Assembly: GCA_035273385.1 (NCBI GenBank)
Contig: DATEPE010000033.1
Coordinates: 113,887-145,886, forward strand
DNA: 32,000 bases
From: Pyrinomonadaceae bacterium
GTDB taxonomy: Bacteria > Acidobacteriota > Blastocatellia > Pyrinomonadales > Pyrinomonadaceae
Reading direction: 5' to 3'
Numbering within the stretch: position 1 is the stretch's first letter; the number at the start of each line of letters is the position of its first letter. Shown piece by piece: positions 23,897 to 32,000 of the stretch. Below the pieces are notes generated by a model, which saw only the letters and a list, made by a program, of their open reading frames with translations, was not told where the DNA came from and made no database searches. Position numbers and translations under genes: made by a program.

Positions 23897-25147
23897 TTGA
23901 TCCGAACCGTCATCACGAAACACCTTAAATATCCCGCAGCCCGAACTCAGGCACAGTTTTACACCAAGCAAAAATCATTGATCTCGGTCGCGCTGATCCT
24001 GGTCGTGGTCCTTAGCACCAGCTGCAAGACGCTGATTGAAAGTCGAGATGTGCGTCCCCTGGTGCTACGCGATGTGCCGGCACAAAGATTGGCGTTTCGC
24101 TTTACACCAGACGCCGAGATCCCCGCGGAATTACTTAACGACTCCGCAGACACACCGGTCGAAGCCATTCAGCTGGACTTCAGCTCGCGCAGGCAGGAAG
24201 AGGCGCTGATCAAAACCGTGCGCTCGCCTGACGGCCAGAGAGCGCTGGCCCTTTATGGAACTGCCGACACCCCTGGCCCTGTATTTCGCATTGATCTTTA
24301 TTCGACCGATGGCAATTTTCTGCGAAACATAACCCCACCCGACCTGGCATGTGTTTTTCCGGAGACGGTGGCGTGGTCGCCGCAGGGGAATTACATAACG
24401 TTCGTCGCGCGTAAAACTCCGGTAGCCTCGCCGTCGCCCACGCCGGAGGGAGCCGTGCCGCCCGAGACGCTCGCTGCCTCACCGTTGCCTTCGATTGCAC
24501 CGGCGTTTCCTTCAGTCCCGCTTTTCGCCACCGAACAGATCTATATCTGCGACCGCGATGGCTACGGCATAAAGCCGCTGACGTCACGTGAAGGTCTCAT
24601 CTATTTTTATTTTTCATGGGCGCCTGACAACCATGCGCTGGTCGCCATCGCTTGCCGGGAGAGTGAGTGGGACGCTCGAGAGCGCGAATATAAGATGCCG
24701 GCCGGAAGACCACGCTTGATCACGTTGGATGGGAATGAGCGGTTGCTTGATGACCGTTTGACTGAAGCCTTACCGGTTTGGTCTCCGGACTCTTCCAAGG
24801 TAGCTACTGCTTTTGAAACTGATGCGATGATTTACGACGCGGCCACCAACCAGCCGACACAGGGTCGCATCAAGCTATCGGATCCCTTATTGGCCGCGTC
24901 GAGGATTTTTGATGCCAGGCAGTCGGGTAAACAGGATAACGCGAATACTGGTGAGCAGAATCAGAACAGCGGCTCTACGGAAGTGATTCCGGCCTCTTTC
25001 AATCCGATTATTCGTTTGAAATGGGCGACGCCGGAAAAGTTGTACTTACAGACTGCATTCGTAAGGCTAATTCCTGGCGAGCCGATCACAACATTTCAGC
25101 GCTGGCATCTGGTGACGCTCAGCCCTCAGGCAGCAATCCTCAGATAG
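23897..25147 (+). CDS. lipoprotein with TolB-like PD40 beta-propeller repeats
   Basis: The start is TTG with AGGA 10 nt upstream. The lipobox-like sequence is 'VVLSTS|C'. PD40-type repeats include 'VRSPDGQRALALYG', 'VAWSPQGNYITFVA', 'FSWAPDNHALVAIA' and 'PVWSPDSSKVATAF'. Confidence 0.6.
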   Translation: MIRTVITKHLKYPAARTQAQFYTKQKSLISVALILVVVLSTSCKTLIESRDVRPLVLRDVPAQRLAFRFTPDAEIPAELLNDSADTPVEAIQLDFSSRRQEEALIKTVRSPDGQRALALYGTADTPGPVFRIDLYSTDGNFLRNITPPDLACVFPETVAWSPQGNYITFVARKTPVASPSPTPEGAVPPETLAASPLPSIAPAFPSVPLFATEQIYICDRDGYGIKPLTSREGLIYFYFSWAPDNHALVAIACRESEWDAREREYKMPAGRPRLITLDGNERLLDDRLTEALPVWSPDSSKVATAFETDAMIYDAATNQPTQGRIKLSDPLLAASRIFDARQSGKQDNANTGEQNQNSGSTEVIPASFNPIIRLKWATPEKLYLQTAFVRLIPGEPITTFQRWHLVTLSPQAAILR

Positions 25148-25765
25148 CTATTTTTCACTGGGTGGAGCGGGTCGCTCCCAGAAGGTGCCGTCTTCGTAAT
25201 CGATGCGGAGGATTAGAACCTCTTCTTTTATAGGATTACGCGTCCCGGCCGATTTAGCGTTCACCACTTGAACGGCGTGATTGCTTGAGTACCCTACCAT
25301 TTCCACACTCTTGCCAGGGCGGAGCTTAACGTAGTTCTCCGACACAGTGCGGCCCACCTGCTCCTGTAGCACTGTATCGGTGAAGACGTACGCCCATAGC
25401 ACTGTCTTTACAGTCTTCGTCCCGGTATTTTTTAAAGTCACAGAATAGGAGTAGTAGGCTTGGCCGGGTTTGAAGTTGGGCAACGACGATGTGTTGATCT
25501 GAATGCTCCGTGGTTTTTCTATAGGCTCTGCATTAGCAATGCGCTGCCGGTTGACTATTTGGGCTTCTCTGGCTGCCAACACCCGTTCTCGCATGAGGTC
25601 GTTCGGCGCAAACGGATCTCGATCCCCACCGACCGGCGGATAACTCTTGGTCCAACTCTTCTTTTCAATTCGCAAATCGGATGGCGCGTTGACAGGCGCG
25701 GAATCCTGAATAGTTGTGCTGAGGAAAGGAATGGTTAGCAACAGTAGAAAATTTAGAAATTGCAT
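25148..25765 (-). CDS. secreted hypothetical protein, paralog of 30103..30675 (beta-sandwich-like)
   Basis: AGGAGG lies 5 nt upstream of the ATG. The signal peptide is MQFLNFLLLLTIPFLSTT. It shares 'TLKNxGxKT', 'YxFxD', 'RxxxGxxxE' and 'RIxYxDGT' blocks with the ORF at 30103..30675. Confidence 0.65.
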   Translation of the reverse strand: MQFLNFLLLLTIPFLSTTIQDSAPVNAPSDLRIEKKSWTKSYPPVGGDRDPFAPNDLMRERVLAAREAQIVNRQRIANAEPIEKPRSIQINTSSLPNFKPGQAYYSYSVTLKNTGTKTVKTVLWAYVFTDTVLQEQVGRTVSENYVKLRPGKSVEMVGYSSNHAVQVVNAKSAGTRNPIKEEVLILRIDYEDGTFWERPAPPSEK

Positions 25766-25890
25766 AGTGCCTCCTGCAATGCCGCTGCTTACTTTTGAAC
25801 CATCCTACTCCATAAACGTTGCCCAAAAAAAGGAATACGGAGCAGTCAAAGTCTGCCCAAATCTGATAATCGATATTAGAAATAGTCAGG

Positions 25891-25924
25891 AAAAAAAGGG
25901 GCGCTGCCATTAAAGCAGCGCCCC
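25891..25924 (-). terminator. canonical intrinsic terminator of the TonB-dependent receptor gene
   Basis: On the minus strand the sequence is GGGGCGCTGC-TTTAATG-GCAGCGCCCC followed by TTTTTTT. The stem is a perfect 10 bp. It starts 27 nt after the stop codon at 25952. Confidence 0.85.
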
Positions 25925-25951
25925 GTAAAGTAGTTCGAGCCGGGGAGATGG

Positions 25952-28900
25952 CTAGAACTCAATTCGACCTACAAATTGAACGATGCGATTCTGGAAGGTC
26001 GTCGTCATGCGCCCAAAGGTTGTGCTATTGATGTCCATTTGGGTGAACTGACCGGTAAATGCAAAGTTCGTCCGGTTCAGAACATTGAACGCCTCTCCAC
26101 GAATCTGGAAACGTACTCGTTCGGTGATGGGGATGTTCTTGATAATGGAAGCATCCCAGTTAAGGTAAGTTGGACCACTGATGAAGTTGCGCTCCATCGA
26201 GCCGGTCTGTCCCGGTCCGACGTTAAAGAACACCTGGCCTGGGAACACTGGTTGTCCAAAGCCAAGGGAGGCCACACCTGCAGTCGTACCGGCAAGACGC
26301 GGGCGAATCAATCCGTTCTGGCATTGAGCCAAATCGAGATTAATTACTGCCGGGTCGATACCGAAGATGCCGCATGGTGTACGGAATGTACCGATCAGCG
26401 CCTTCACCTGATCTTTGGTCAGGTTGGTGTTTGCAGTTTGTCGACCTGAGCGGCCAGCGCGGTTCAGAGTTCCACGCGGGTCGGTAATCGACATCGGGGC
26501 GCCACTATCAATCCTCAGGATCGAAGTAAGCTGCCATCCGCCGATCACACGGTCAACAAAACCACTCGCATCGGTACCCCATCGTTTGCCACGACCGAAC
26601 GGAAGTTCGTAGATGGCATTCAGGTTGAAGACGTGCGTTGTGTCGGTATCGGCAATAGCGTACTCGAGGTCGGGTTGCGCATTGTCGATTCGCGGCTCAA
26701 AGCGCGTTTGGCCGGTGCCGGGTGCGTCAGTCAGTGATTTCTGGAACGTGTAGTTAGCCTGGAACGAAAGGCCATCCGAAAAACGTCTCCGAATTTCTGT
26801 TTGGAGCGCGTTGTAGCGGAATTTGGCGCCGTTCGTCAGCAGGTCGACCACGCCGGTATTCGGGTTAGCCAGTAATAGCTGACTGGCACCGGTTTGCCGG
26901 AATGTCGCGATGTATTGGAACGCAAGCTCGCCAAAAGCGCCCTGCGAAATCGGAGTGATGGTATTTGAGAACCCGAATGGGTTGCCAAAAACGCTGGTGT
27001 TAAATGGAGCCTGGTTCAGCAACTGCAAAGGCTGGCAACCAGGAGTGGCTGCCGAGCAGTTCACGTTGGCGGCACCAAGCAGCGCGATGTTTTGTCGAGC
27101 TCGTTCAGCGTCTGCCAAAAAGGCGGGGGTTAACCGCACCTGATTAAAGTCAAAGCCTCGGACGAGGTTGTTGCTGGAGCCGTTTACAAAACGAACTTCA
27201 ACGGCCGTCTGCCAGCCAATCTCGCGCTCGATGCCGATGTTGAATTCATTGGTTTTTGGCACCTGCAAATCCGGATCGACAGCGAACACGGTTCCGAAGT
27301 TAAGCGCCAGGGCATTATTTTGAGCGAAGGTTCGTGGAACCGCCAATGGGGGAGCTGTAAACGTCGGCGGAGCATTAAGTCTAAAGTTGCCCGTCTGTGT
27401 CAGCCCCAAAGAAAGTCCCGCATTACCGGCCAGGGCGTTATCTGCGGCACGTACGAATTCGTCGTTGACGTAACTCATACGATAGCCGCCGCGGATGACC
27501 GTTCTTCCTTCACCAGGCATCAAGCTGTTCAAGAAGTTATTTTTGAAATTTGGCGACCAGGCAAAACTAACTACTGGCGCAAAATTGTTTTTATCTATCT
27601 TGAAGAAGTCGGTGCCACCGTTGTTGGTGCCTACAAAGTCGTAGGTTCCAATCGGGTTAAGGATCGTGGAACGAATGTCGCCACCCGTGATTACTGGCTC
27701 GAGCGCTAGTCCGTTCGGTTCGCGGATCGGAGTGAACAACTCATAACGCAGACCAAAATTCAGCGTCAGCGTTGGGTGAGCTCTCCACTGATCGGCGGCA
27801 TAGAACGAGTAGTGCTCGTAGAACAATTGCCTTGCCGGCGGGACAGCCGCTAGAGGCCCAGTCTGGTTGTCGGCATTGAACGTTTGATTGGCCGTGCCGA
27901 CTAAACCACCCAGAAGCGCCAGCAAATTGTTTGCTCTGCCGACTTGGGTAGTGTCGGTGTTCAGAATACAGTTGGCCAGGGTAACCGTGTTGCAACCTAC
28001 TGCGGCATTGAATGTGGCCGCTGTAAATTGAGGGGTTGAACCACCGCCCAATGTGTAGTTGGGTCTGAATGGGGCACCAAAAGCGCCTGGTCCAAACGGT
28101 GAGATCCTAAATGCCTGGAACTGACCGCCAAAGCGGAACGAGTGTGAACCCTTCACCCAGACGGCATTGTCCTGGATGTTGTAAATGTCCGTGTCGCGTC
28201 CTTGCGCCTGGAAAGCTGATTCCGGGTTGTTGATTAATGGAACCTGAATGAAGAAATTCTGCGGCTCCGCTTTGTTGCCAAACGTTGGATCGCTTCGTTG
28301 CCAACCGCCGCGCACTTCATTGGTAAACGCCGCAGTGGGCGCCCATCGCCATGCGGTGGCGAGGAACTTGGTGTGCGCGTCCTGGAATCCAGGAGGAACC
28401 TGCGTGTAGCAGCAGGCTGTACCGCCCTGTTGAGCGTCTACGTCCGTCCGGAACAGCAGTTCTTTCTTGTAGCTGTAAACAAAGTTAAGCGTCGACTTGG
28501 ATGTAAAGTCGAAATCGAATCGTGTAGTGAGACCTTCGCGGTCCTGGTTTTGTTGTCGGGTCAAGGTAAACCCGGTGGTGTTCAACTGGTCGCCGAGCGT
28601 TGGATTGTTACCAACTGCCGGAGTGTTGGCCAGAATGCGGCTGGCAATCGTTGGATCGATGCCAGTTGGCGGCCCGCCAGCCAGACCTGAAGCAATGGTG
28701 AATATGTTTGCTGTGCGCGTCGCGCCGGTCCTGTCTGTCCAGGTGAAAATGCCATTACGCGCGTTGGGCAGAAGAATGGTCCTATTCGCTGTGGCTGACT
28801 GACGAAGGCGAAATCCTTCGTACGCCACAAAGAAAAAGGCTTTATCCCTGATGGCTGCACGACCACCCTCGCCGAAAACGGGAATCGGAAGAGGTCCGCC

Positions 28901-29734
28901 AACTTTGCCACCAAATTGGTTACGATTTAGGAATGGACGGCGAACTGACGAGAAATTGTTAAAGAAGGTATTCGCCGCAAACTTCGAGTTGCGGTTGTAC
29001 AGGTATCCAGCACCGTGGATTTCGCTGGATCCGCGAGGCGTAACAAGTTGTACTTGCGATGCACCGTAACCCGCCTCAGCACCAGCATTCTGAGTGATGA
29101 TGGTGAACTCGCCGGTATCGTCAACGTTGGGTCGATCCGGGATAAAGTCGACGGCATTCGCGCGGATGAAGTTGTCCTGCACGTTAATACCATCACGAGT
29201 GATGTTGGTAAATGATGAGCGCTGACCATTGATGGTCGTATTTTGTGCGCTGTTCGATGACGTTCCTGCCTGAAGCAGAATCAGAGTCAAAGGGTTGCGG
29301 CCGTTGAGCGGCAATTCAACAATCTGTTTAGGGGTAACAGTGGTGCTCAATTCGCCCGACGTTGCGTTGATGAGGTCCGCGCCGGCAACTACCACGACGT
29401 TCTCGCTGATTTCGCCGACCTCGAGCGTGGCGTTCAGGGTGTAGTCCTTACCGACGTCGATCTTCAGATCGGTCGCGGTGAAGGTCTTGTGGCCGGCAGC
29501 TGATACCTTCACGGTATAGATACCGGTTTCAAGCTGGGCAACGTTGAAAGCGCCCGAGTCACTCGTAGTGACCGTTCGTTCTCTTCCGGTCTGGTTATCT
29601 GTGACGGTGACCGTGGCCCCAGGGACAACGCCGCTGGGATCCGAGACCGTGCCGACCAGATTCCCGGTATTTTGTGCTAACGCCCCTACTCCGGAGAGAC
29701 AGAGGGTTAGCAAAATAAAGATGAATCTCTTCAT
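25952..29734 (-). CDS. giant TonB-dependent receptor-like outer-membrane protein with N-terminal CarboxypepD_reg domain
   Basis: AAGGAG lies 7 nt upstream of the ATG. The signal peptide is MKRFIFILLTLCLSGVGALA. The CarboxypepD_reg-like domain reads 'GTVSDPSGVVPGATVTVTDNQTGRERTVTTSDSGAFNVAQLETGIYTVKVSAAGHKTF'. The plug motif is 'ELPLNGRNPLTLILLQAG'. A long beta-strand-type region follows, and the protein ends in '...VQFVGRIEF' with a terminal Phe. Confidence 0.85.
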   Translation of the reverse strand: MKRFIFILLTLCLSGVGALAQNTGNLVGTVSDPSGVVPGATVTVTDNQTGRERTVTTSDSGAFNVAQLETGIYTVKVSAAGHKTFTATDLKIDVGKDYTLNATLEVGEISENVVVVAGADLINATSGELSTTVTPKQIVELPLNGRNPLTLILLQAGTSSNSAQNTTINGQRSSFTNITRDGINVQDNFIRANAVDFIPDRPNVDDTGEFTIITQNAGAEAGYGASQVQLVTPRGSSEIHGAGYLYNRNSKFAANTFFNNFSSVRRPFLNRNQFGGKVGGPLPIPVFGEGGRAAIRDKAFFFVAYEGFRLRQSATANRTILLPNARNGIFTWTDRTGATRTANIFTIASGLAGGPPTGIDPTIASRILANTPAVGNNPTLGDQLNTTGFTLTRQQNQDREGLTTRFDFDFTSKSTLNFVYSYKKELLFRTDVDAQQGGTACCYTQVPPGFQDAHTKFLATAWRWAPTAAFTNEVRGGWQRSDPTFGNKAEPQNFFIQVPLINNPESAFQAQGRDTDIYNIQDNAVWVKGSHSFRFGGQFQAFRISPFGPGAFGAPFRPNYTLGGGSTPQFTAATFNAAVGCNTVTLANCILNTDTTQVGRANNLLALLGGLVGTANQTFNADNQTGPLAAVPPARQLFYEHYSFYAADQWRAHPTLTLNFGLRYELFTPIREPNGLALEPVITGGDIRSTILNPIGTYDFVGTNNGGTDFFKIDKNNFAPVVSFAWSPNFKNNFLNSLMPGEGRTVIRGGYRMSYVNDEFVRAADNALAGNAGLSLGLTQTGNFRLNAPPTFTAPPLAVPRTFAQNNALALNFGTVFAVDPDLQVPKTNEFNIGIEREIGWQTAVEVRFVNGSSNNLVRGFDFNQVRLTPAFLADAERARQNIALLGAANVNCSAATPGCQPLQLLNQAPFNTSVFGNPFGFSNTITPISQGAFGELAFQYIATFRQTGASQLLLANPNTGVVDLLTNGAKFRYNALQTEIRRRFSDGLSFQANYTFQKSLTDAPGTGQTRFEPRIDNAQPDLEYAIADTDTTHVFNLNAIYELPFGRGKRWGTDASGFVDRVIGGWQLTSILRIDSGAPMSITDPRGTLNRAGRSGRQTANTNLTKDQVKALIGTFRTPCGIFGIDPAVINLDLAQCQNGLIRPRLAGTTAGVASLGFGQPVFPGQVFFNVGPGQTGSMERNFISGPTYLNWDASIIKNIPITERVRFQIRGEAFNVLNRTNFAFTGQFTQMDINSTTFGRMTTTFQNRIVQFVGRIEF

Positions 29735-30102
29735 AGTGGACTCCTTAGTTTTTGGTAAATTCTCGGAGGGAAAACACAGACTTTTGCCTCAAACACCTAC
29801 AGGTCCCTTTTAAACTCAGGAACAAGTTCATTTCGCTGCGCAAACTTTGTGGCTTTACTGTGGCTAAGTCCTGGACTTCAAGTAGTAATTCGGCAATGTT
29901 GCCGCAACAATCGTACCGCCCAGACGACCTGTATCTAACCTTTGAAATAGTTAGACTTTTTCAAATCCGCCCCGTGGGCGCGCCCAATAATCATTGATAA
30001 ATTTGGAGAACTCTCCGAATCCGTGAATATTCGGAACGGAGAAGTGCCTTCGGCAAATTGGAGAATCGCTTGTTTGTTGGGAATGGATGGGGTCGGCAGC
30101 CT

Positions 30103-30675
30103 TTAGAGCTGCGACGATGTGCCGTCGATGTATTCGATCCTACGGATCACAAGTTCGGTCGGAGCGTCTTGTGTTTTAAGAACCACGTCGAGTGATGGCT
30201 TGGTTGGCAGCAGTGACTTCCGATGCTTACCACCCTTCTCATAGATGTCGTGCCTAAGCTCTTTGGTCTGGCCTGAGTGAATGCGCTGGTGAGCGCGAAA
30301 CTGATAGCGTAGGAATTCCTCCCCGGTCGCCTGATCTCTGAAGATGTAATCCAGATACACCGCGCGAATAGTTTTACTGCCCGCATTCTTTAGCGTCATC
30401 ACCGCGCGGCAGTAGAAGGGGGTTCCGCGCCCAGAACCTGGCAATCCGCCTGTATTTCTAGCGGGTGCTACACCCCAGTTTGAGACTGTGGGGAAAATTC
30501 CGCCATTGCTACTCCCGTCGTTCCAACCAATCGGAAACGAATTACCGCCAGATGCCAACCATTGAAACTTAACAATCTTTAAGGTTGGATGTTCTTTAAG
30601 CTTCGCTTTCTGAGGCTGTCCGTTTGCGACCGTAGCGAGAAACAGAATCAATACTGCCAGAAAAAAGCCTCGCAT
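30103..30675 (-). CDS. secreted hypothetical protein, paralog of 25148..25765
   Basis: GGAGG lies 5 nt upstream of the ATG. The signal peptide is MRGFFLAVLILFLATVANG. 'YCRAVMTLKNAGSKTIRAVYLDYIFRD' and 'TELVIRRIEYIDGT' align with the ORF at 25148..25765. Confidence 0.65.
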   Translation of the reverse strand: MRGFFLAVLILFLATVANGQPQKAKLKEHPTLKIVKFQWLASGGNSFPIGWNDGSSNGGIFPTVSNWGVAPARNTGGLPGSGRGTPFYCRAVMTLKNAGSKTIRAVYLDYIFRDQATGEEFLRYQFRAHQRIHSGQTKELRHDIYEKGGKHRKSLLPTKPSLDVVLKTQDAPTELVIRRIEYIDGTSSQL

Positions 30676-30711
30676 GATGCCTCCGTTTCGGCTGGAGCGT
30701 TGTGGCGTGGC

Positions 30712-31287
30712 TTACGGAGCCATGCGCCGAGTTATCTCACGCAGATCCTCCAACTGTTCCTGCTTCAGACTTATTTCGCGAGCACCAAGAAACAATTTCA
30801 CTTTGCTTGCAGAGGTAATGCGCTTCATTAGTTCGTAGGGGACCGTCGCGGTCAGGAATTCTTCGATATAAAAAGTTTGGGAGTTTGTTGAATAGGTGGT
30901 GTCCCCGATCGGGATGGCGCGATCTTCGTCGACAACCGCCATCAAGATCTGCCCTCTTTGATACGCCGGATACTTTGAAGTGCTCTTGAATTTCAGCATG
31001 GCGGCTTCAGCCGGCTTTGCCAACTGTTCGCCCGGATGGGTGAAGTAAACGCTCAGATCAAGTTGGCCCGTCTCTCCGACGTTTGTGACTTCCCTCGACA
31101 TTGCACCACCGAGCGGAATCGTCTTGAGCGTCACGGTGGTGAGGTCTTTCTTCTTGTCGTACTTAGCCTTGACGTGGCCCGCCGCCTTGGAAGACGCCTT
31201 AGTGTCAGTCTCTGAGTTTTTTTGGGCGACGGCGATAGCGGGAAGGACAACTAAGGCTGCCGCGAGTAACAGACTGGTTCGTTTCAT
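30712..31287 (-). CDS. secreted hypothetical protein
   Basis: The track ORF starts at 31350. ATG 31287 gives the signal peptide MKRTSLLLAAALVVLPAIAVA. I recognise no motif. Confidence 0.55.
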   Translation of the reverse strand: MKRTSLLLAAALVVLPAIAVAQKNSETDTKASSKAAGHVKAKYDKKKDLTTVTLKTIPLGGAMSREVTNVGETGQLDLSVYFTHPGEQLAKPAEAAMLKFKSTSKYPAYQRGQILMAVVDEDRAIPIGDTTYSTNSQTFYIEEFLTATVPYELMKRITSASKVKLFLGAREISLKQEQLEDLREITRRMAP

Positions 31288-31361
31288 TGTAAAACCTTTC
31301 AATTTAAGTTGTGTCGAGATAAAGGGAAGACCGTCCGGATGCGAGCGCATTCTATTCGAAA

Positions 31362-31949
31362 CTACTTCACGACCTCAAATTCAAAATGCAGTTCCTTGCC
31401 ACGAAAAATCGTAGATAGGTAGAATTCCCAAAATTTTCGAGTGAAGCGAAATGCCGGCCACCGCTGGTCAAGGTTTGTGATCCATTCCAGGCCGAGCGCC
31501 TTCCAAAGGTTTGCGAGCGTGACGTATGTGCGAACTGGTCGCAGTTCCAGCGTGGTGTAAAACGGAAAGGGAGTGCGCTCTGGGATGAAGCAGGTAAACG
31601 AATAACTGTTGAAGTGATTGCGATGAGTTAAATCGGTGGCCCAGTCAGGATTTGAATAATGGGGAGTCACGATCTTGATCCGCCCCCCTGATCTGGTAAT
31701 GCGATGCAGCTCGCTAACAAATCCCATAACGTCGGGAAGATGTTCGATTACGTGGCGGCAGATGATTTCATCGAACTCATTATCTTTGAAGGGATAGGGC
31801 AGTGATCCGAGGTCGTGAATCACGTCCGCTTGCGTGCGCGGGTTCGAATCAATCCCGATCGCGCCGGGAAATTTGTTTTGACCGCATCCGACATCGAGAA
31901 TTCTTGGCGCTGCCGGTGTCAGTACTTCAGCTCGATCGGGGGCGGACAT
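31362..31949 (-). CDS. class I SAM-dependent methyltransferase
   Basis: Motif I is 'ILDVGCGQNKFPGAIGIDSNP'. Also present are 'DEIICRHVIEHL' and 'ELHRITRSGGRIKIVTP'. Confidence 0.8.
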   Translation of the reverse strand: MSAPDRAEVLTPAAPRILDVGCGQNKFPGAIGIDSNPRTQADVIHDLGSLPYPFKDNEFDEIICRHVIEHLPDVMGFVSELHRITRSGGRIKIVTPHYSNPDWATDLTHRNHFNSYSFTCFIPERTPFPFYTTLELRPVRTYVTLANLWKALGLEWITNLDQRWPAFRFTRKFWEFYLSTIFRGKELHFEFEVVK

Positions 31950-32000
31950 TGGGCGTTGGAATCAGTTGAGTAGGAATTGTGAGAACGCCTTGAAGTCGCA

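Noticed and set aside
29735-30102. Possible cobalamin or other known riboswitch in front of the TonB-dependent receptor.
   Set aside because: I found no B12-box-like core or other riboswitch consensus on the sense strand. I kept it only as a low-interest unexplained leader.
31840-31850. 'gggttcgaatc', a tRNA T-loop-like string.
   Set aside because: It lies inside the methyltransferase CDS. No acceptor, D or anticodon stems can be built around it.
1-32000. Search for defence islands, toxin-antitoxin pairs, retrons, integrases or IS elements as the hidden system.
   Set aside because: No nuclease, ATPase, reverse transcriptase, recombinase or transposase motifs were recognisable in any of the six-frame ORFs. 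The window reads as core or accessory chromosomal metabolism and envelope genes.

Overview
The window is a gene-dense, roughly 52% GC chromosomal segment. I see no rRNA, tRNA, CRISPR array, transposase, integrase, phage gene or recognisable defence gene. The gene content suggests an Acidobacteria-like soil bacterium (inference): a 1260-aa CarboxypepD_reg-type TonB-dependent receptor with an 'LPLNGRN' plug motif, many secreted or lipoprotein hypotheticals, and PD40 and TPR proteins. I call about 31 CDSs. Confident calls are def, trxC, enoyl-CoA hydratase, MFS transporter, DoxX, DUF2905, DUF2911, CYTH, MmcQ/YjbR, DUF1835, DinB, VOC, a small AraC-type regulator, a CheY-like receiver and a class I methyltransferase. 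The best candidate for an undescribed system is at 960..3850 (-). There a VIT-vWA secreted protein ends in a PEP-CTERM-like but non-canonical tripartite tail (TEPE, one TM helix, RSRRRR) and is followed directly by a minimal exosortase-family gene. This looks like a one-enzyme, one-cargo module. Other notable items: two paralogous small secreted proteins bracket the giant TonB-dependent receptor. An aconitase-family protein has its LeuD-like swivel domain fused N-terminal to the LeuC-like domain. An ~80-bp REP-like palindromic element built from phased TTCGTG hexamers occurs four times, and a GC-rich 'CCCCTCCC-AAA-GGGAGGGG' hairpin repeat family occurs at three loci. Both repeat families create spurious N-terminal ORF extensions. 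All functional calls rest on motifs I read by eye; no database search was run.
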